Positions 27,863 through 37,498 of a stretch of 64,000 bases of DNA are shown here, in pieces. Each line of letters starts with the position of its first letter. The first letter of the stretch is position 1. A program made the position numbers and the translations under genes. The notes beneath the pieces are model-generated. The model was given only the letters and a program-made list of their open reading frames with translations. It ran no database searches and was not told the DNA's origin. The stretch spans positions 18,064-82,063 of the forward strand of contig JAHJQY010000016.1 in assembly GCA_018819015.1 (NCBI GenBank), written 5' to 3'. The stretch is from Patescibacteria group bacterium (GTDB taxonomy: Bacteria; Patescibacteriota; Minisyncoccia; JAHISW01; Tagabacteraceae).

Positions 27863-30040
27863 ATGAGAAAATTTCTTTTGGGCTTAATTACTTTTTTTCT
27901 TTTATGCGCCGTAATTGGCGGGATCTTATTGTTTGTCTGGATAAAATCCATACCCATACCGGACTTCCAATCTTTCAATGAAAGAAAGGTTGTTCAGTCC
28001 ACAAAAATTTACGACAGAACAGGAAAAATAATCCTGTACGATATACATGAAAACATAAAAAGAACGGTAATTCCATACGAAGACATACCCATTTATATAA
28101 AAAATGCGACGGTTGCCATTGAAGATTCCAATTTTTATCAACACAGAGGAATAAGTATCACCGGAATAATAAGGGCGTTTATGACAAATATAAAAAGCGG
28201 AAAAATAAAAGGACAAGGCGGATCAACCATCACGCAACAATTGATAAAAAACACTTTCCTAACTCCGGAAAAAACTTTCACAAGAAAAATCAAAGAAGTT
28301 ATATTGTCATTTAAACTAGAAAGGGCGGTTTCAAAAGAAGAAATTTTAACCCTCTATTTAAACGAAGTGCCTTACGGAGGAAGCAATTATGGGATAGAAG
28401 CGGCTTCTCAGTCTTTTTTTAATAAATCAGCCAAAGATTTAAATCTGGCTGAATCTGCCTATCTGGCCGCCCTACCCCAAGCCCCAAGTTATTATTCCCC
28501 CTACGGCATACATACGGACGAACTGGAACAAAGAAAAAACCTTGTTTTAAAAAGAATGCTGGATTTAAGTTTTATAGAAGAAGGAACCTATGAAGAAAAC
28601 AAAAATAAAAAAATAACATTTACCAATCCGGATGAAAAAAACATTAAAGCGCCTCATTTTGTAATGTTTATAAAAAATTATCTGGAAGAAAATTACGGAG
28701 AAGATATGGCGGAAAACGGCGGTTTGAAAGTTATAACTACTATTGATTTAGATTTGCAAAAAGAGGCGGAGAAATTAGTTTTTGATTATTCAAAAGAAAA
28801 TGAAGAAAAATTCAACGCAAAAAATGCCGGTTTGGTTGCCGTGGACCCAAAAACAGGCCAAATACTTGTTATGGTTGGATCAAAAAATTATTTTGACGAA
28901 AATTATGAAGGAAAATTTAATGTGACGCTGGCAAAAAGACAGCCCGGTTCCGCTTTTAAGCCCTTTGTTTACGCCACGGCTTTTAAAAGAGGGTATACTC
29001 CGCAAACAGTAGTTTTTGATTTAAAAACAGAATTTAACAGCTCTTGTAATCCTGATGGGTCGCCAAAAGAAGGAACAAAAGAGGAAGAATGTTATCATCC
29101 GGTAAACTATGACGGTATTTTTAGGGGCCCGATCACACTAAAAGATGCCTTGGCCCAATCTATAAATATTCCCGCAATAAAAACACTGTACCTGGCCGGA
29201 TTAAAAAACTCTTTGGAAACAGCCCAAAGTTTGGGTATAACAACACTAACAGATCCTTTGCGGTACGGCCTTACCCTTGTTTTGGGCGGCGGAGAAGTAA
29301 CATTATTGGAAATGACCGGCGCTTATTCTGTTTTCGCGAACAATGGTATTAAAAATAAAACAACCGGTATTTTAAAAATAGAAGATAGTCGAGGAAATAT
29401 AATTGAAGAATTTATTCCTGAACCAAAATCGGTTTTAGACCAAAAAGTAGTAATAATGATAAACAATATATTGTCTGATAATAATGCCAGAACGCCTGCC
29501 TTTGGAGAATCTTCATGGCTTTATTTTCCCAAAAGGGAAGTTGCCGTCAAAACAGGAACAACAAATGATTATAGGGATGCCTGGGTAATCGGCTATACCC
29601 CAAATTTCGCGCTTGGAGTATGGGTTGGAAACAACAACAACACATCTATGGAAAAAAAAGTAGCCGGTTTTATCGCCGCCCCACTGTGGAATTCTTTTTT
29701 TAAAAAAGTTTTTGAAAAACTTCCCAAAGAAGATTTTTTAAAACCAGAAAACATTAATACAGAATTATTAAGCGGTGTAAAGCCAATACTTAAAGGGTAT
29801 TGGAAAGGAAATAGAATATATTTAATAGACAAAACAACACAAAATCCCGCGACAGAAAATACGCCGTCGGAATCAATAGAAGAAAAAATACTTACTCAAA
29901 TTCACTGCATTCTTTATTGGGTTGATAAAAATAATCCAGCAGGAGAAATACCAATAAATCCAGAAAAAGATTCTCAATTTATTTCATGGGAAACACCAGT
30001 GAGAGAATGGGTAAAAAATCAAAACATAAAAGAAGATTAG
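27863..30040 (+). CDS. class A penicillin-binding protein (PBP1A family)
   Basis: AIEDSNFY, GGSTITQQL, RKIKE transglycosylase; SAFK, SIN, KTG transpeptidase motifs. Confidence 0.95.
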   Translation: MRKFLLGLITFFLLCAVIGGILLFVWIKSIPIPDFQSFNERKVVQSTKIYDRTGKIILYDIHENIKRTVIPYEDIPIYIKNATVAIEDSNFYQHRGISITGIIRAFMTNIKSGKIKGQGGSTITQQLIKNTFLTPEKTFTRKIKEVILSFKLERAVSKEEILTLYLNEVPYGGSNYGIEAASQSFFNKSAKDLNLAESAYLAALPQAPSYYSPYGIHTDELEQRKNLVLKRMLDLSFIEEGTYEENKNKKITFTNPDEKNIKAPHFVMFIKNYLEENYGEDMAENGGLKVITTIDLDLQKEAEKLVFDYSKENEEKFNAKNAGLVAVDPKTGQILVMVGSKNYFDENYEGKFNVTLAKRQPGSAFKPFVYATAFKRGYTPQTVVFDLKTEFNSSCNPDGSPKEGTKEEECYHPVNYDGIFRGPITLKDALAQSINIPAIKTLYLAGLKNSLETAQSLGITTLTDPLRYGLTLVLGGGEVTLLEMTGAYSVFANNGIKNKTTGILKIEDSRGNIIEEFIPEPKSVLDQKVVIMINNILSDNNARTPAFGESSWLYFPKREVAVKTGTTNDYRDAWVIGYTPNFALGVWVGNNNNTSMEKKVAGFIAAPLWNSFFKKVFEKLPKEDFLKPENINTELLSGVKPILKGYWKGNRIYLIDKTTQNPATENTPSESIEEKILTQIHCILYWVDKNNPAGEIPINPEKDSQFISWETPVREWVKNQNIKED

Positions 30041-30043
30041 GAG

Positions 30044-31147
30044 TTATATATTCTTCATCGGCATAATCAAACAAAAAAAAGATTTATCATCTAAGCTTGT
30101 TATTAAAAGTGGTTTTCCTTCTCCGTTAAATTTTAAAATAATTTTTTCAGAATTTACAGAAGATAAACAGTCAATTAAATAACGGTGATTAAAAACCATC
30201 ATTAGATCATCTCCCTCTGTTTCTGTTTTAATATTCACAGTGTGTTCTCCTAAATCAGGGTTGTTAGTTTGAACTTCTAGAAAATTTTCATCTTTGTAAA
30301 TTTTTAACTTTACTTCGTTTAATTTTCCGCGGAATATTGCCGAACTTTTTAAACAATTATTAAATTCTTTTTTGTTAACTATTGCTGTGTTGGTAAAATC
30401 AACGGGAATAATTTGTTTATAATCAATAAAATTTCCATCAGTTAAACGAGTTGTAAATTCAATATTATCGTTTTCTAAAATTAAATTGTTGTCGTCTGTT
30501 TTTATTACAATGTCTCCTTCTTGATTTTCAAAAATTCTTAATATTTCAACCGCGCTCCGATAAGGTATTAAAATATTGGGAAAATTTGAAAAATTATAAG
30601 GAATTGTTTTTTCAGATAAACGAAAAGAGTCTGTGGCAACAAAAGTTAAAGGTGTTTTTACTGAAGAAAACAATAAAATACTATTTATTTCCGGCTTAAT
30701 TTCTGACAATGAAGCTGAACAATAAACCGACTTTAAACCTGATATAAAATCATTAACAGAAACAATAAAAGAATTTTTTTCTTTTATTGTTGGCAATAAA
30801 GGAAAATCCTCCACAAGATAACCTTTTATGGTTGTTGAACTGTTTTTTGTTGTAATAATTAAATTATCTTTAATACTGTCTAGTTTTATTTCATTATGGT
30901 CTGGCAAAGAAGAAATAAGGCTGCAAAAAAGCTTAGAAGGTAGGGCGACTTTTCCCTCTTTTTCTATTTTTGCGGGTATTGAAATTTTTAAAGCTATTTC
31001 AAGATTAGTATTAAAAAAAACTAAAGAATTTTTATTGGCAGAAATTAAGACTGCGTTTAAAATCGGCAAGGTTGGATTACGATTAGGTATTTTTTCGCTT
31101 AACAACCCCGCTTTTTGTAAATAATGTTTTAAACAAGTTGCCTTCAT
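30044..31147 (-). CDS. dnaN: DNA polymerase III beta clamp
   Basis: TNLEIAL, VATDSFRLSEK, FIDYKQIIP, LIMPM; next to dnaA. Confidence 0.96.
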   Translation of the reverse strand: MKATCLKHYLQKAGLLSEKIPNRNPTLPILNAVLISANKNSLVFFNTNLEIALKISIPAKIEKEGKVALPSKLFCSLISSLPDHNEIKLDSIKDNLIITTKNSSTTIKGYLVEDFPLLPTIKEKNSFIVSVNDFISGLKSVYCSASLSEIKPEINSILLFSSVKTPLTFVATDSFRLSEKTIPYNFSNFPNILIPYRSAVEILRIFENQEGDIVIKTDDNNLILENDNIEFTTRLTDGNFIDYKQIIPVDFTNTAIVNKKEFNNCLKSSAIFRGKLNEVKLKIYKDENFLEVQTNNPDLGEHTVNIKTETEGDDLMMVFNHRYLIDCLSSVNSEKIILKFNGEGKPLLITSLDDKSFFCLIMPMKNI

Positions 31148-31345
31148 AATTAATTTAATATTTATTTAAATAATTTATTATTATTATTAAACATGTGGAT
31201 ATTGTTGATAACTTGAATTTGATTTGTAAAATTAAAGAATAAAAACATTTTTTAATTTAATAATTTGTTGATAAATATTTTATTAATCGTTGATATGTTA
31301 TTAATATAATAAATCCAATAATAACTTATAAACCAATTATCAACA
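31148..31345. other. replication origin oriC (dnaA-dnaN intergenic)
   Basis: very AT-rich; DnaA-box-like 9-mers at 31194-31202, 31203-31211, 31266-31274, 31337-31345; (TAA)n tract 31176-31190; visible strand-composition switch. Confidence 0.85.
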
Positions 31346-32722
31346 TTATTTATACAAACAATCCCTTATTTTTTGTATCTCATCTTTTATTTGATAGTTG
31401 TTTTTTATATCTTTTGAGATTTTTTCATAAGCATGAATTGCTGTTGTGTGGTCTCTGCCTCCAAGTTTTTTTCCAATATATGGATAAGAAGCGTTAAAAT
31501 CTTCTCTTAATAAATACATTATAATTTGCCTTGGTAAAACATATTCTTTTCTTCTTGATTTTTCAAAAATAAATCTTTCTTCTATTTCATAAAAATCGCC
31601 TATAGTTTTAATTATTTTATTAAATGTTATTTTTTTCTTTGAATAAATAATGTTTTTATTGAATATTTCTTTTAATTCCTGGGTGGATAAATTTTTACCA
31701 AGAAGTTTTGATTGAGCCAATAGAAGATTTAAGGCACCCTCAAGCTCCCGCACATTGTTTTTTATTGTTGAAGCAATATAATTTATTGTTTCTTCCGACA
31801 AGTCAATATCTTTTGTTTGTAGTTTTGATTTTAAAATAGCTATTCTTGCTTCATATTCCGGTTCTGATATATCAGCCATCATTCCTCCTTCAAATCTAGA
31901 CCTTAATCTTTCTTCTAGATCAAGTATTGATTTTGGCGATCTGTCTGAGGAAAAAATAATTTGCTTATTTTTTTCATATAAAGAATTAAAAATATGAAAA
32001 AGTTCTTCTTGTGTTTTTGTTTTACCTGATAAAAATTGGATATCATCTATTATTAATAAATCATATTTTTTATAACCTTCTTTGAATTCATGTATTGTGT
32101 TGTTTTGTATTGAAGATATGAGCATGTTGGCGAATTTTTCCAAAGTCGTGTATTTTATTTGAGATTTTTCATTATCTTCTTTTATTTTATTGCCGATAGC
32201 TTGTAATAAATGAGTTTTACCCAAACCAACCCCTCCATATATAAATAATGGGTTATATGTTGTTCCTGGATTTTTTATCACAGCCACGGCGGCGGCATGA
32301 GCCAGTTCATTAAATGAACCAACTATAAAATCATTAAAAGTATAGCGGGGATTTAACGACTCTTTTGTTTCGTGGAATTCTTTAAATTCCATTTGTTGGC
32401 TTTCTTCTGTTTTTTGCGGCATTAATTTAATTGTCGAGATTTTTTCACAGATAGGCTTTATTTTATTACTAACAATATATTCTGTATCTTTGATTGACGG
32501 GTCTATTTTTCGTAAAGCGCTTATTATAAATTTATTATATTTGTTTTTTACCCATTCTTTACTGAAACTGTTCGGCACACCTATAAAAACAATGCCGTTT
32601 TCAGTTTTTTCTATATTGGTGTTTTTTAACCAGGTAACAAAATTAGCTTTTGATATAAGCATTTCCAATTCATTGAGTGTTTTTTCCCAGATTTGTCCTT
32701 TTTCTGTTTGTTGGGTATCCAT
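31346..32722 (-). CDS. dnaA: chromosomal replication initiator DnaA
   Basis: YNPLFIYGGVGLGKTHL, IDDIQF, RLRSRFEGG, GGRDHTT. Confidence 0.98.
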   Translation of the reverse strand: MDTQQTEKGQIWEKTLNELEMLISKANFVTWLKNTNIEKTENGIVFIGVPNSFSKEWVKNKYNKFIISALRKIDPSIKDTEYIVSNKIKPICEKISTIKLMPQKTEESQQMEFKEFHETKESLNPRYTFNDFIVGSFNELAHAAAVAVIKNPGTTYNPLFIYGGVGLGKTHLLQAIGNKIKEDNEKSQIKYTTLEKFANMLISSIQNNTIHEFKEGYKKYDLLIIDDIQFLSGKTKTQEELFHIFNSLYEKNKQIIFSSDRSPKSILDLEERLRSRFEGGMMADISEPEYEARIAILKSKLQTKDIDLSEETINYIASTIKNNVRELEGALNLLLAQSKLLGKNLSTQELKEIFNKNIIYSKKKITFNKIIKTIGDFYEIEERFIFEKSRRKEYVLPRQIIMYLLREDFNASYPYIGKKLGGRDHTTAIHAYEKISKDIKNNYQIKDEIQKIRDCLYK

Positions 32723-32841
32723 GTTTTGATTATAGCTTAATAAGAGAACAGACGTAAAATCGTCTAAATTGGTTATATGTTAACAATCTGTGTATTATTT
32801 GTGAATATTGCTTTTTGGTGATTATAATTTATAATAAAAAC

Positions 32842-32976
32842 ATGTCTGTTACCTATCAACCAAAAAAAAGAAAAAGGAAAAAAACTCACGGTTTTTTAAA
32901 AAGATCAAAAACTCCGGGCGGAAGAAATATTTTGAAAAACAGAAGGAGAAAAAATAGAAAGAAATTAACAGTCTAG
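32842..32976 (+). CDS. rpmH: 50S ribosomal protein L34 (absent from ORF track)
   Basis: [44 protein letters not shown]. Confidence 0.96.
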   Translation: MSVTYQPKKRKRKKTHGFLKRSKTPGGRNILKNRRRKNRKKLTV

Positions 32977-32985
32977 TTTAATGGC

Positions 32986-33324
32986 ATGTTGCCTTTTTTG
33001 AATAGGTTAAAAAAAGAAGACTTCAAATTATTAAAAAATTTTAAAAAAAAATTTTTTGTTTCCGATAATATTAATTTGAAGCTGTATTATTCCGGTTTCA
33101 ATCCAAGTCGTTTTTCTGTTGTTGTTCCGACAAGTTTTTCAAAGAAGGCGACAAAAAGAAATAAAATAAAAAGACAAACAAAAGCGGCTCTTTTGAATTA
33201 TTTAAAAAAAATTGAACCCGGCTTTGCTTCTGTTTTTTATTTTAAAAAAGAAACAAAAAATCTTTCTTTTGAAGAAATAAAAAAAGAGATATTGTTTCTT
33301 TTAAAAAAATCTAAAATTTTATGA
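32986..33324 (+). CDS. rnpA: ribonuclease P protein component
   Basis: RFSVVV..SKKATKRNKIKR; position after rpmH. Confidence 0.9.
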   Translation: MLPFLNRLKKEDFKLLKNFKKKFFVSDNINLKLYYSGFNPSRFSVVVPTSFSKKATKRNKIKRQTKAALLNYLKKIEPGFASVFYFKKETKNLSFEEIKKEILFLLKKSKIL

Positions 33325-34055
33325 TTGGGAATATTTATCAAATTGTTTTTTTTCAGCCGTTGTATAACGGTCTTATTTTTTTAACGAAAATTCTGCCGTT
33401 TAATGATTTAGGGCTGGCAATTGTTTTTTTGACGGTGATAGTCAGATTTATTTTATTTCCTTTGAGCCATAAATCAATAGTTACGCAAAAAAAAATAAAA
33501 ATTTTAGAACCGGAGATTAATAAAATTAAAAATAAGCATAAAGAAAAACAAGAAGAACAGACGAAACAAATAATGGCTTTGTATAAAAATCACGGCATAA
33601 ATCCCTTCTCTGGTTTCTTTTTAATTCTTATACAATTACCCGTTTTTATCGCTTTATATACGATTCTTAGAAATTTTTCTGCTATAAATTCCGATTTACT
33701 CTATTCTTTTTTGGGCGTTGTTGAAAAAGTGAACACATCTTTTTTGGGGTTAATAGATATTTCAAAGCCCAGTTATTTAATTTCTATTCTGGCGGGTCTT
33801 TCCCAGTTTTTTCAAATAAAATTATCTTTACCTCCCGGCAAAAAAATACCCCAAAAAGAACGTTCTTTTAAGGATGAGTTGCAAAGAAGCATGGGAATTC
33901 AGATGAGATACGTTATGCCCGTATTTATTTTTTTTATTGCCCAGCGTTTTTCCTCCGGACTGGCGCTTTATTGGACAACTTCAAACATTTTTGCTATATT
34001 TCATGAAATTATCGTAGCCAGAAAAGCAAAGAAATTAGAACAAAATGGAAGATAA
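33321..34055 (+). CDS. yidC: membrane protein insertase YidC (short form)
   Basis: LTVIVRFILFPL, INPFSG..LIQLPV, GLALYWTTSN. Confidence 0.95.
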   Translation: MIGNIYQIVFFQPLYNGLIFLTKILPFNDLGLAIVFLTVIVRFILFPLSHKSIVTQKKIKILEPEINKIKNKHKEKQEEQTKQIMALYKNHGINPFSGFFLILIQLPVFIALYTILRNFSAINSDLLYSFLGVVEKVNTSFLGLIDISKPSYLISILAGLSQFFQIKLSLPPGKKIPQKERSFKDELQRSMGIQMRYVMPVFIFFIAQRFSSGLALYWTTSNIFAIFHEIIVARKAKKLEQNGR

Positions 34056-34512
34056 AAAAATAGCAATAATTAAAAAATTAATGGAGGAATTGTTGGAAAA
34101 ACTGACGGTTTGCGCGGAGGTTGAAGTGCTGGAGACGACCGATGGACCAAAATTTATTGTAAAAACTCCAGAAGGTAGCTTGCTTATCGGGGAGAATGGC
34201 AAGAATTTAATTTCTTTTAATCATATTGTTAAAAAAATGGCCGGAAAAATTATCGGAAAAAACGAAGAAGAAAATTTTTCTTTTTCGTTGGACATCAATG
34301 ATTATCAGGCGAAGAAAATAGAAGATTTAAAAAATTTGGCCAGGGTGAATGCTCAGCGCGTCAGGTATTTTAAAAAGGAAATTGTTTTAAGGCCGATGAG
34401 TTCTTTTGAGAGAAGAATTGTCCACATGACTTTGTCGGATTGTCCGGATATTATAACCGATAGCATTGGCGACGAACCGGAAAGAAAAGTTACTATAAAA
34501 CCCTATCTCTAA
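34045..34512 (+). CDS. jag: Jag/KhpB-like KH-R3H RNA-binding protein
   Basis: LLIGENG KH loop, PMSSFERRIVH R3H, SIGDEPER. Confidence 0.9.
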   Translation: MEDKKIAIIKKLMEELLEKLTVCAEVEVLETTDGPKFIVKTPEGSLLIGENGKNLISFNHIVKKMAGKIIGKNEEENFSFSLDINDYQAKKIEDLKNLARVNAQRVRYFKKEIVLRPMSSFERRIVHMTLSDCPDIITDSIGDEPERKVTIKPYL

Positions 34513-35714
34513 TTTAATTGCAAGCTCCACAAGGCGCCGTCTTTTTTGTTTTGGAATAAAAGATAATTTTCACTATCGTCCGTGAAAAGATTTATGGCGT
34601 CAAAACCATCTTTGTCCATTATTATTTTTGTGGAGCCGTTGGCTAAATCTATAGCCCAAAGAGAATCTTCAAAAGAAATCAGTCCTTTATACCAGTCATT
34701 GGGATAATTGCCGCCGGGTATGGATTTTGGCGCGGCGCAGTATATCAGATTTTCTTTTGTTGGGCTGAAAAAACATTTTTCCGGAAGCACTTTATAAGAA
34801 AAATCGGAAAAAGTTTTTTCTTTGGCGTCGTATATTTTGGCGGAAAAGCCATTTTTTTCACTTTGGCTGTAAATTACTTTATTACCAACAGAAGAATAAA
34901 GCGCCGTCAGTCCTTTGATACCGCCGATTATTTTTGAAAAATCTCCCGTTTGGGGATTTAAACTATAAAAATATCCTTCAATTGAGGCAGACGGTTTGGT
35001 TTGAATGGTTATAATGTCTTTTTGTGGCCATTTGATTAAAAAGTTTTCAAAAGGTGAGGAAAATATTTCTTTTTGGTTTTTGTTTTCCAGAGAAGCCGTT
35101 ACGCCCGTCACCCCGTTATTTTTAAGCAGGTAAAATATTTTTTCTTGACTAGGCGACATAACTATGGCCGATAAGTTTAGGGGGAGGAAGCTCCCTTCTA
35201 GTTGGTTTGTCGTGGTAGTGGTGGATGTTGTTGGGGATGAGACTAAAAAAGTTCTTAAACTGTCAGTTTCCGGGTCAATATATTTTAAAGCGGCTTTTGA
35301 TAAATCATTGGACCAGACTGTTTCAAACACTTTTGGGATAGTGGTAATGCTGATTTGTTTTTTTTCTCCGCCACGCGGGCTTATTTCGTAAAGATGTCCG
35401 GTTGATTGCTCAAAATAATTTATCTTGCCGGTATTTTTATTGAAAACGGCGCCGGAAACGGGTATTTGTGTCAGCTGCGTTAATTTCCCCGCCGGCTGCG
35501 CTGATTCTGTTTCAGAGCTTTTGGGCCGGATACTTGCTATGGGTTGTTCAAACAGGCTTAAATCACCTCTTTCTTTGCTGGAGGGAAAAAGATAAGAGAA
35601 AAATCCTTGTTCTCCCGGCTGGGCGCTTTGCGAAGGCCAGAGAAAATATATAGCCAAACCAATAATGACTATCCCTATAATTATTCCTGTTATGATTAAT
35701 ATTTTTTTGTTCAT
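34509..35714 (-). CDS. membrane-anchored beta-propeller-like protein
   Basis: N-terminal TM, repeated beta-rich blades; end of secretion-system cluster. Confidence 0.6.
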   Translation of the reverse strand: MNKKILIITGIIIGIVIIGLAIYFLWPSQSAQPGEQGFFSYLFPSSKERGDLSLFEQPIASIRPKSSETESAQPAGKLTQLTQIPVSGAVFNKNTGKINYFEQSTGHLYEISPRGGEKKQISITTIPKVFETVWSNDLSKAALKYIDPETDSLRTFLVSSPTTSTTTTTNQLEGSFLPLNLSAIVMSPSQEKIFYLLKNNGVTGVTASLENKNQKEIFSSPFENFLIKWPQKDIITIQTKPSASIEGYFYSLNPQTGDFSKIIGGIKGLTALYSSVGNKVIYSQSEKNGFSAKIYDAKEKTFSDFSYKVLPEKCFFSPTKENLIYCAAPKSIPGGNYPNDWYKGLISFEDSLWAIDLANGSTKIIMDKDGFDAINLFTDDSENYLLFQNKKDGALWSLQLN

Positions 35715-35730
35715 GAAATAAAACCGATGT

Positions 35731-36147
35731 TTAAAGCGGTGTAATGCCTAAGTTTAAATTGACTAAGTCTGGATTGATGGTGGAAAGAATCAGCCACGCG
35801 CCAATAATTACCAATAATCCTAAGATGGCTTGCCAGATTCTGTTCTTTGCTTTTTCTACGGTGCTGGTATTGCCGCCGGCCATAATATATTCAAATCCGC
35901 CGACGGTTATGACAACGACAGCCAATATTCCCCCCAGTACAATGGCAAATTTTAAGACATCGTTGGCGTAAGAGGAAAAAGGTTTGACAGTTGGTGGGTT
36001 TGATGTTTGGTTGTGGGCTGTGAATGTTTCGTTTGGGACTAGTATTTCAGCCAGACTTTTGTTTGTGGCAGCAAAACTAACAATGAACAATATTCCGATT
36101 GCCGCGAAAACAAAAATTATCTTATTAAATTTTATATTTTTCTTCAT
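35731..36147 (-). CDS. VirB2/TrbC-like pilin
   Basis: signal peptide, then TM-GGFEYIMAGGN-KAKNRIWQAILGL-TM-INPDL. Confidence 0.75.
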   Translation of the reverse strand: MKKNIKFNKIIFVFAAIGILFIVSFAATNKSLAEILVPNETFTAHNQTSNPPTVKPFSSYANDVLKFAIVLGGILAVVVITVGGFEYIMAGGNTSTVEKAKNRIWQAILGLLVIIGAWLILSTINPDLVNLNLGITPL

Positions 36148-37121
36148 TAAAAATTGATATTTAAACTTTCCTCGGCAAATTGGAAAAAATTAGCCAAATT
36201 TTTAATTTGCAGATTTATGGCGCCGGTTCCAGTTATGCCGGTTGGCGTTTCAAAATTCATAACTTTCGGATTGTTTTCTTCCGGCGCTATGTTTTGGCCA
36301 TTCATTTTCCAATTGTAATCAAGTTTTTCCGGGTTGGAGAAAAAGAATGGCTCGGCTATAATGTTAATTGTTTTAACTAGCATTTGGAATTCGCCCTTAA
36401 TGGCTTTGTTGAACAAGGTTCCCAAGCTGGGGTTGTCTTCGTAGAAAATTATTTCCGGCTTTGCTTGGTTGGCCGGCAGTATTATGGTTTTTTCAAAAAC
36501 AGCGCTTTTGTCCGCGTTAGAAACCTTAACAGTTACGGCGTAATTATTATAATTTTCTATTTTGAACGAAAAAGAATTCTTTTTATAGCCCGAAGAATTC
36601 AATATTCCTTCATAATTTAAAGACCATTCATAAAATAAATTTGACGGCAGGATTCTTTTTCCGCCGGAAAACAGGTGGGGGATGGCGACTGCTTTTACCC
36701 GCGAGTCTATAACGGGGAGCGGCAGGCCATTATACCAATAAGGAGCGCAAGTCATGGCTTCGCACAAAAGATCTACATCGTTTCCTTGCAGTATTAAAGT
36801 TTTTGTTAATTGAATATCATTTTCGGTCGTAACAGAAACGGAAATTGTTTTGCTTTTTCCGGCATCGGGCGCCACGGTTTCTATAGAGGTTTTACCGATG
36901 CCTTTTTCGGTGGTTTTGTCTCCGATGCGCCAGATGATATTGCTTCGGCTGGCGTCAAAGCCGGAGCTGTATATTTGCGCTTTGATAGGCGAACCCGGCG
37001 TTGGATTTTGAGGAACAATACTTATGGAAACATTTTCCCCGAATGCCCGGGCATTTTGGAAAAAGGCCAATAAAACAAGAATTACGCAACCAAATAAAAA
37101 TTTTAAAATTTCTTTTCTCAT
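36147..37121 (-). CDS. secreted Ig-like repeat protein
   Basis: signal peptide, repeated YxW beta-sandwich patterns. Confidence 0.6.
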   Translation of the reverse strand: MRKEILKFLFGCVILVLLAFFQNARAFGENVSISIVPQNPTPGSPIKAQIYSSGFDASRSNIIWRIGDKTTEKGIGKTSIETVAPDAGKSKTISVSVTTENDIQLTKTLILQGNDVDLLCEAMTCAPYWYNGLPLPVIDSRVKAVAIPHLFSGGKRILPSNLFYEWSLNYEGILNSSGYKKNSFSFKIENYNNYAVTVKVSNADKSAVFEKTIILPANQAKPEIIFYEDNPSLGTLFNKAIKGEFQMLVKTINIIAEPFFFSNPEKLDYNWKMNGQNIAPEENNPKVMNFETPTGITGTGAINLQIKNLANFFQFAEESLNINF

Positions 37122-37129
37122 TTTTTAAA

Positions 37130-37498
37130 TTATAACATTTCTTTGGTAAAGATTCTTACCAGTGTGGCGCCAAAACAGACAGGCAGAACTCCCACAAAGA
37201 AATCAATTATACTTCCAATTCCTATCGTTAATACTGTTTTTTCTATATTTTTTCCACCAAAATTAAGATAAAGCACTCCGCCCCAAATAAAGTTAAATAA
37301 AGGCGCGCTAAATGGAATCATGGCCAGTAGGTCAAATAACAGCGCTCCTGATAAAATCAGCCAATGTTCAGATAATTTTTTTCCGACAGACATTGCTGCC
37401 ACGGTTTTTTCAATGGGATTTTCTTCGCCTTCTTCTTTTTTTCTGTCTTCTTGTAATTGCATCAGCCGTTCGTTTTCAATTGTTGTCGCTTGGTCCAT
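37130..37498 (-). CDS. hypothetical membrane protein
   Basis: hydrophobic C-terminal half, overlaps VirB4-like gene end. Confidence 0.6.
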   Translation of the reverse strand: MDQATTIENERLMQLQEDRKKEEGEENPIEKTVAAMSVGKKLSEHWLILSGALLFDLLAMIPFSAPLFNFIWGGVLYLNFGGKNIEKTVLTIGIGSIIDFFVGVLPVCFGATLVRIFTKEML

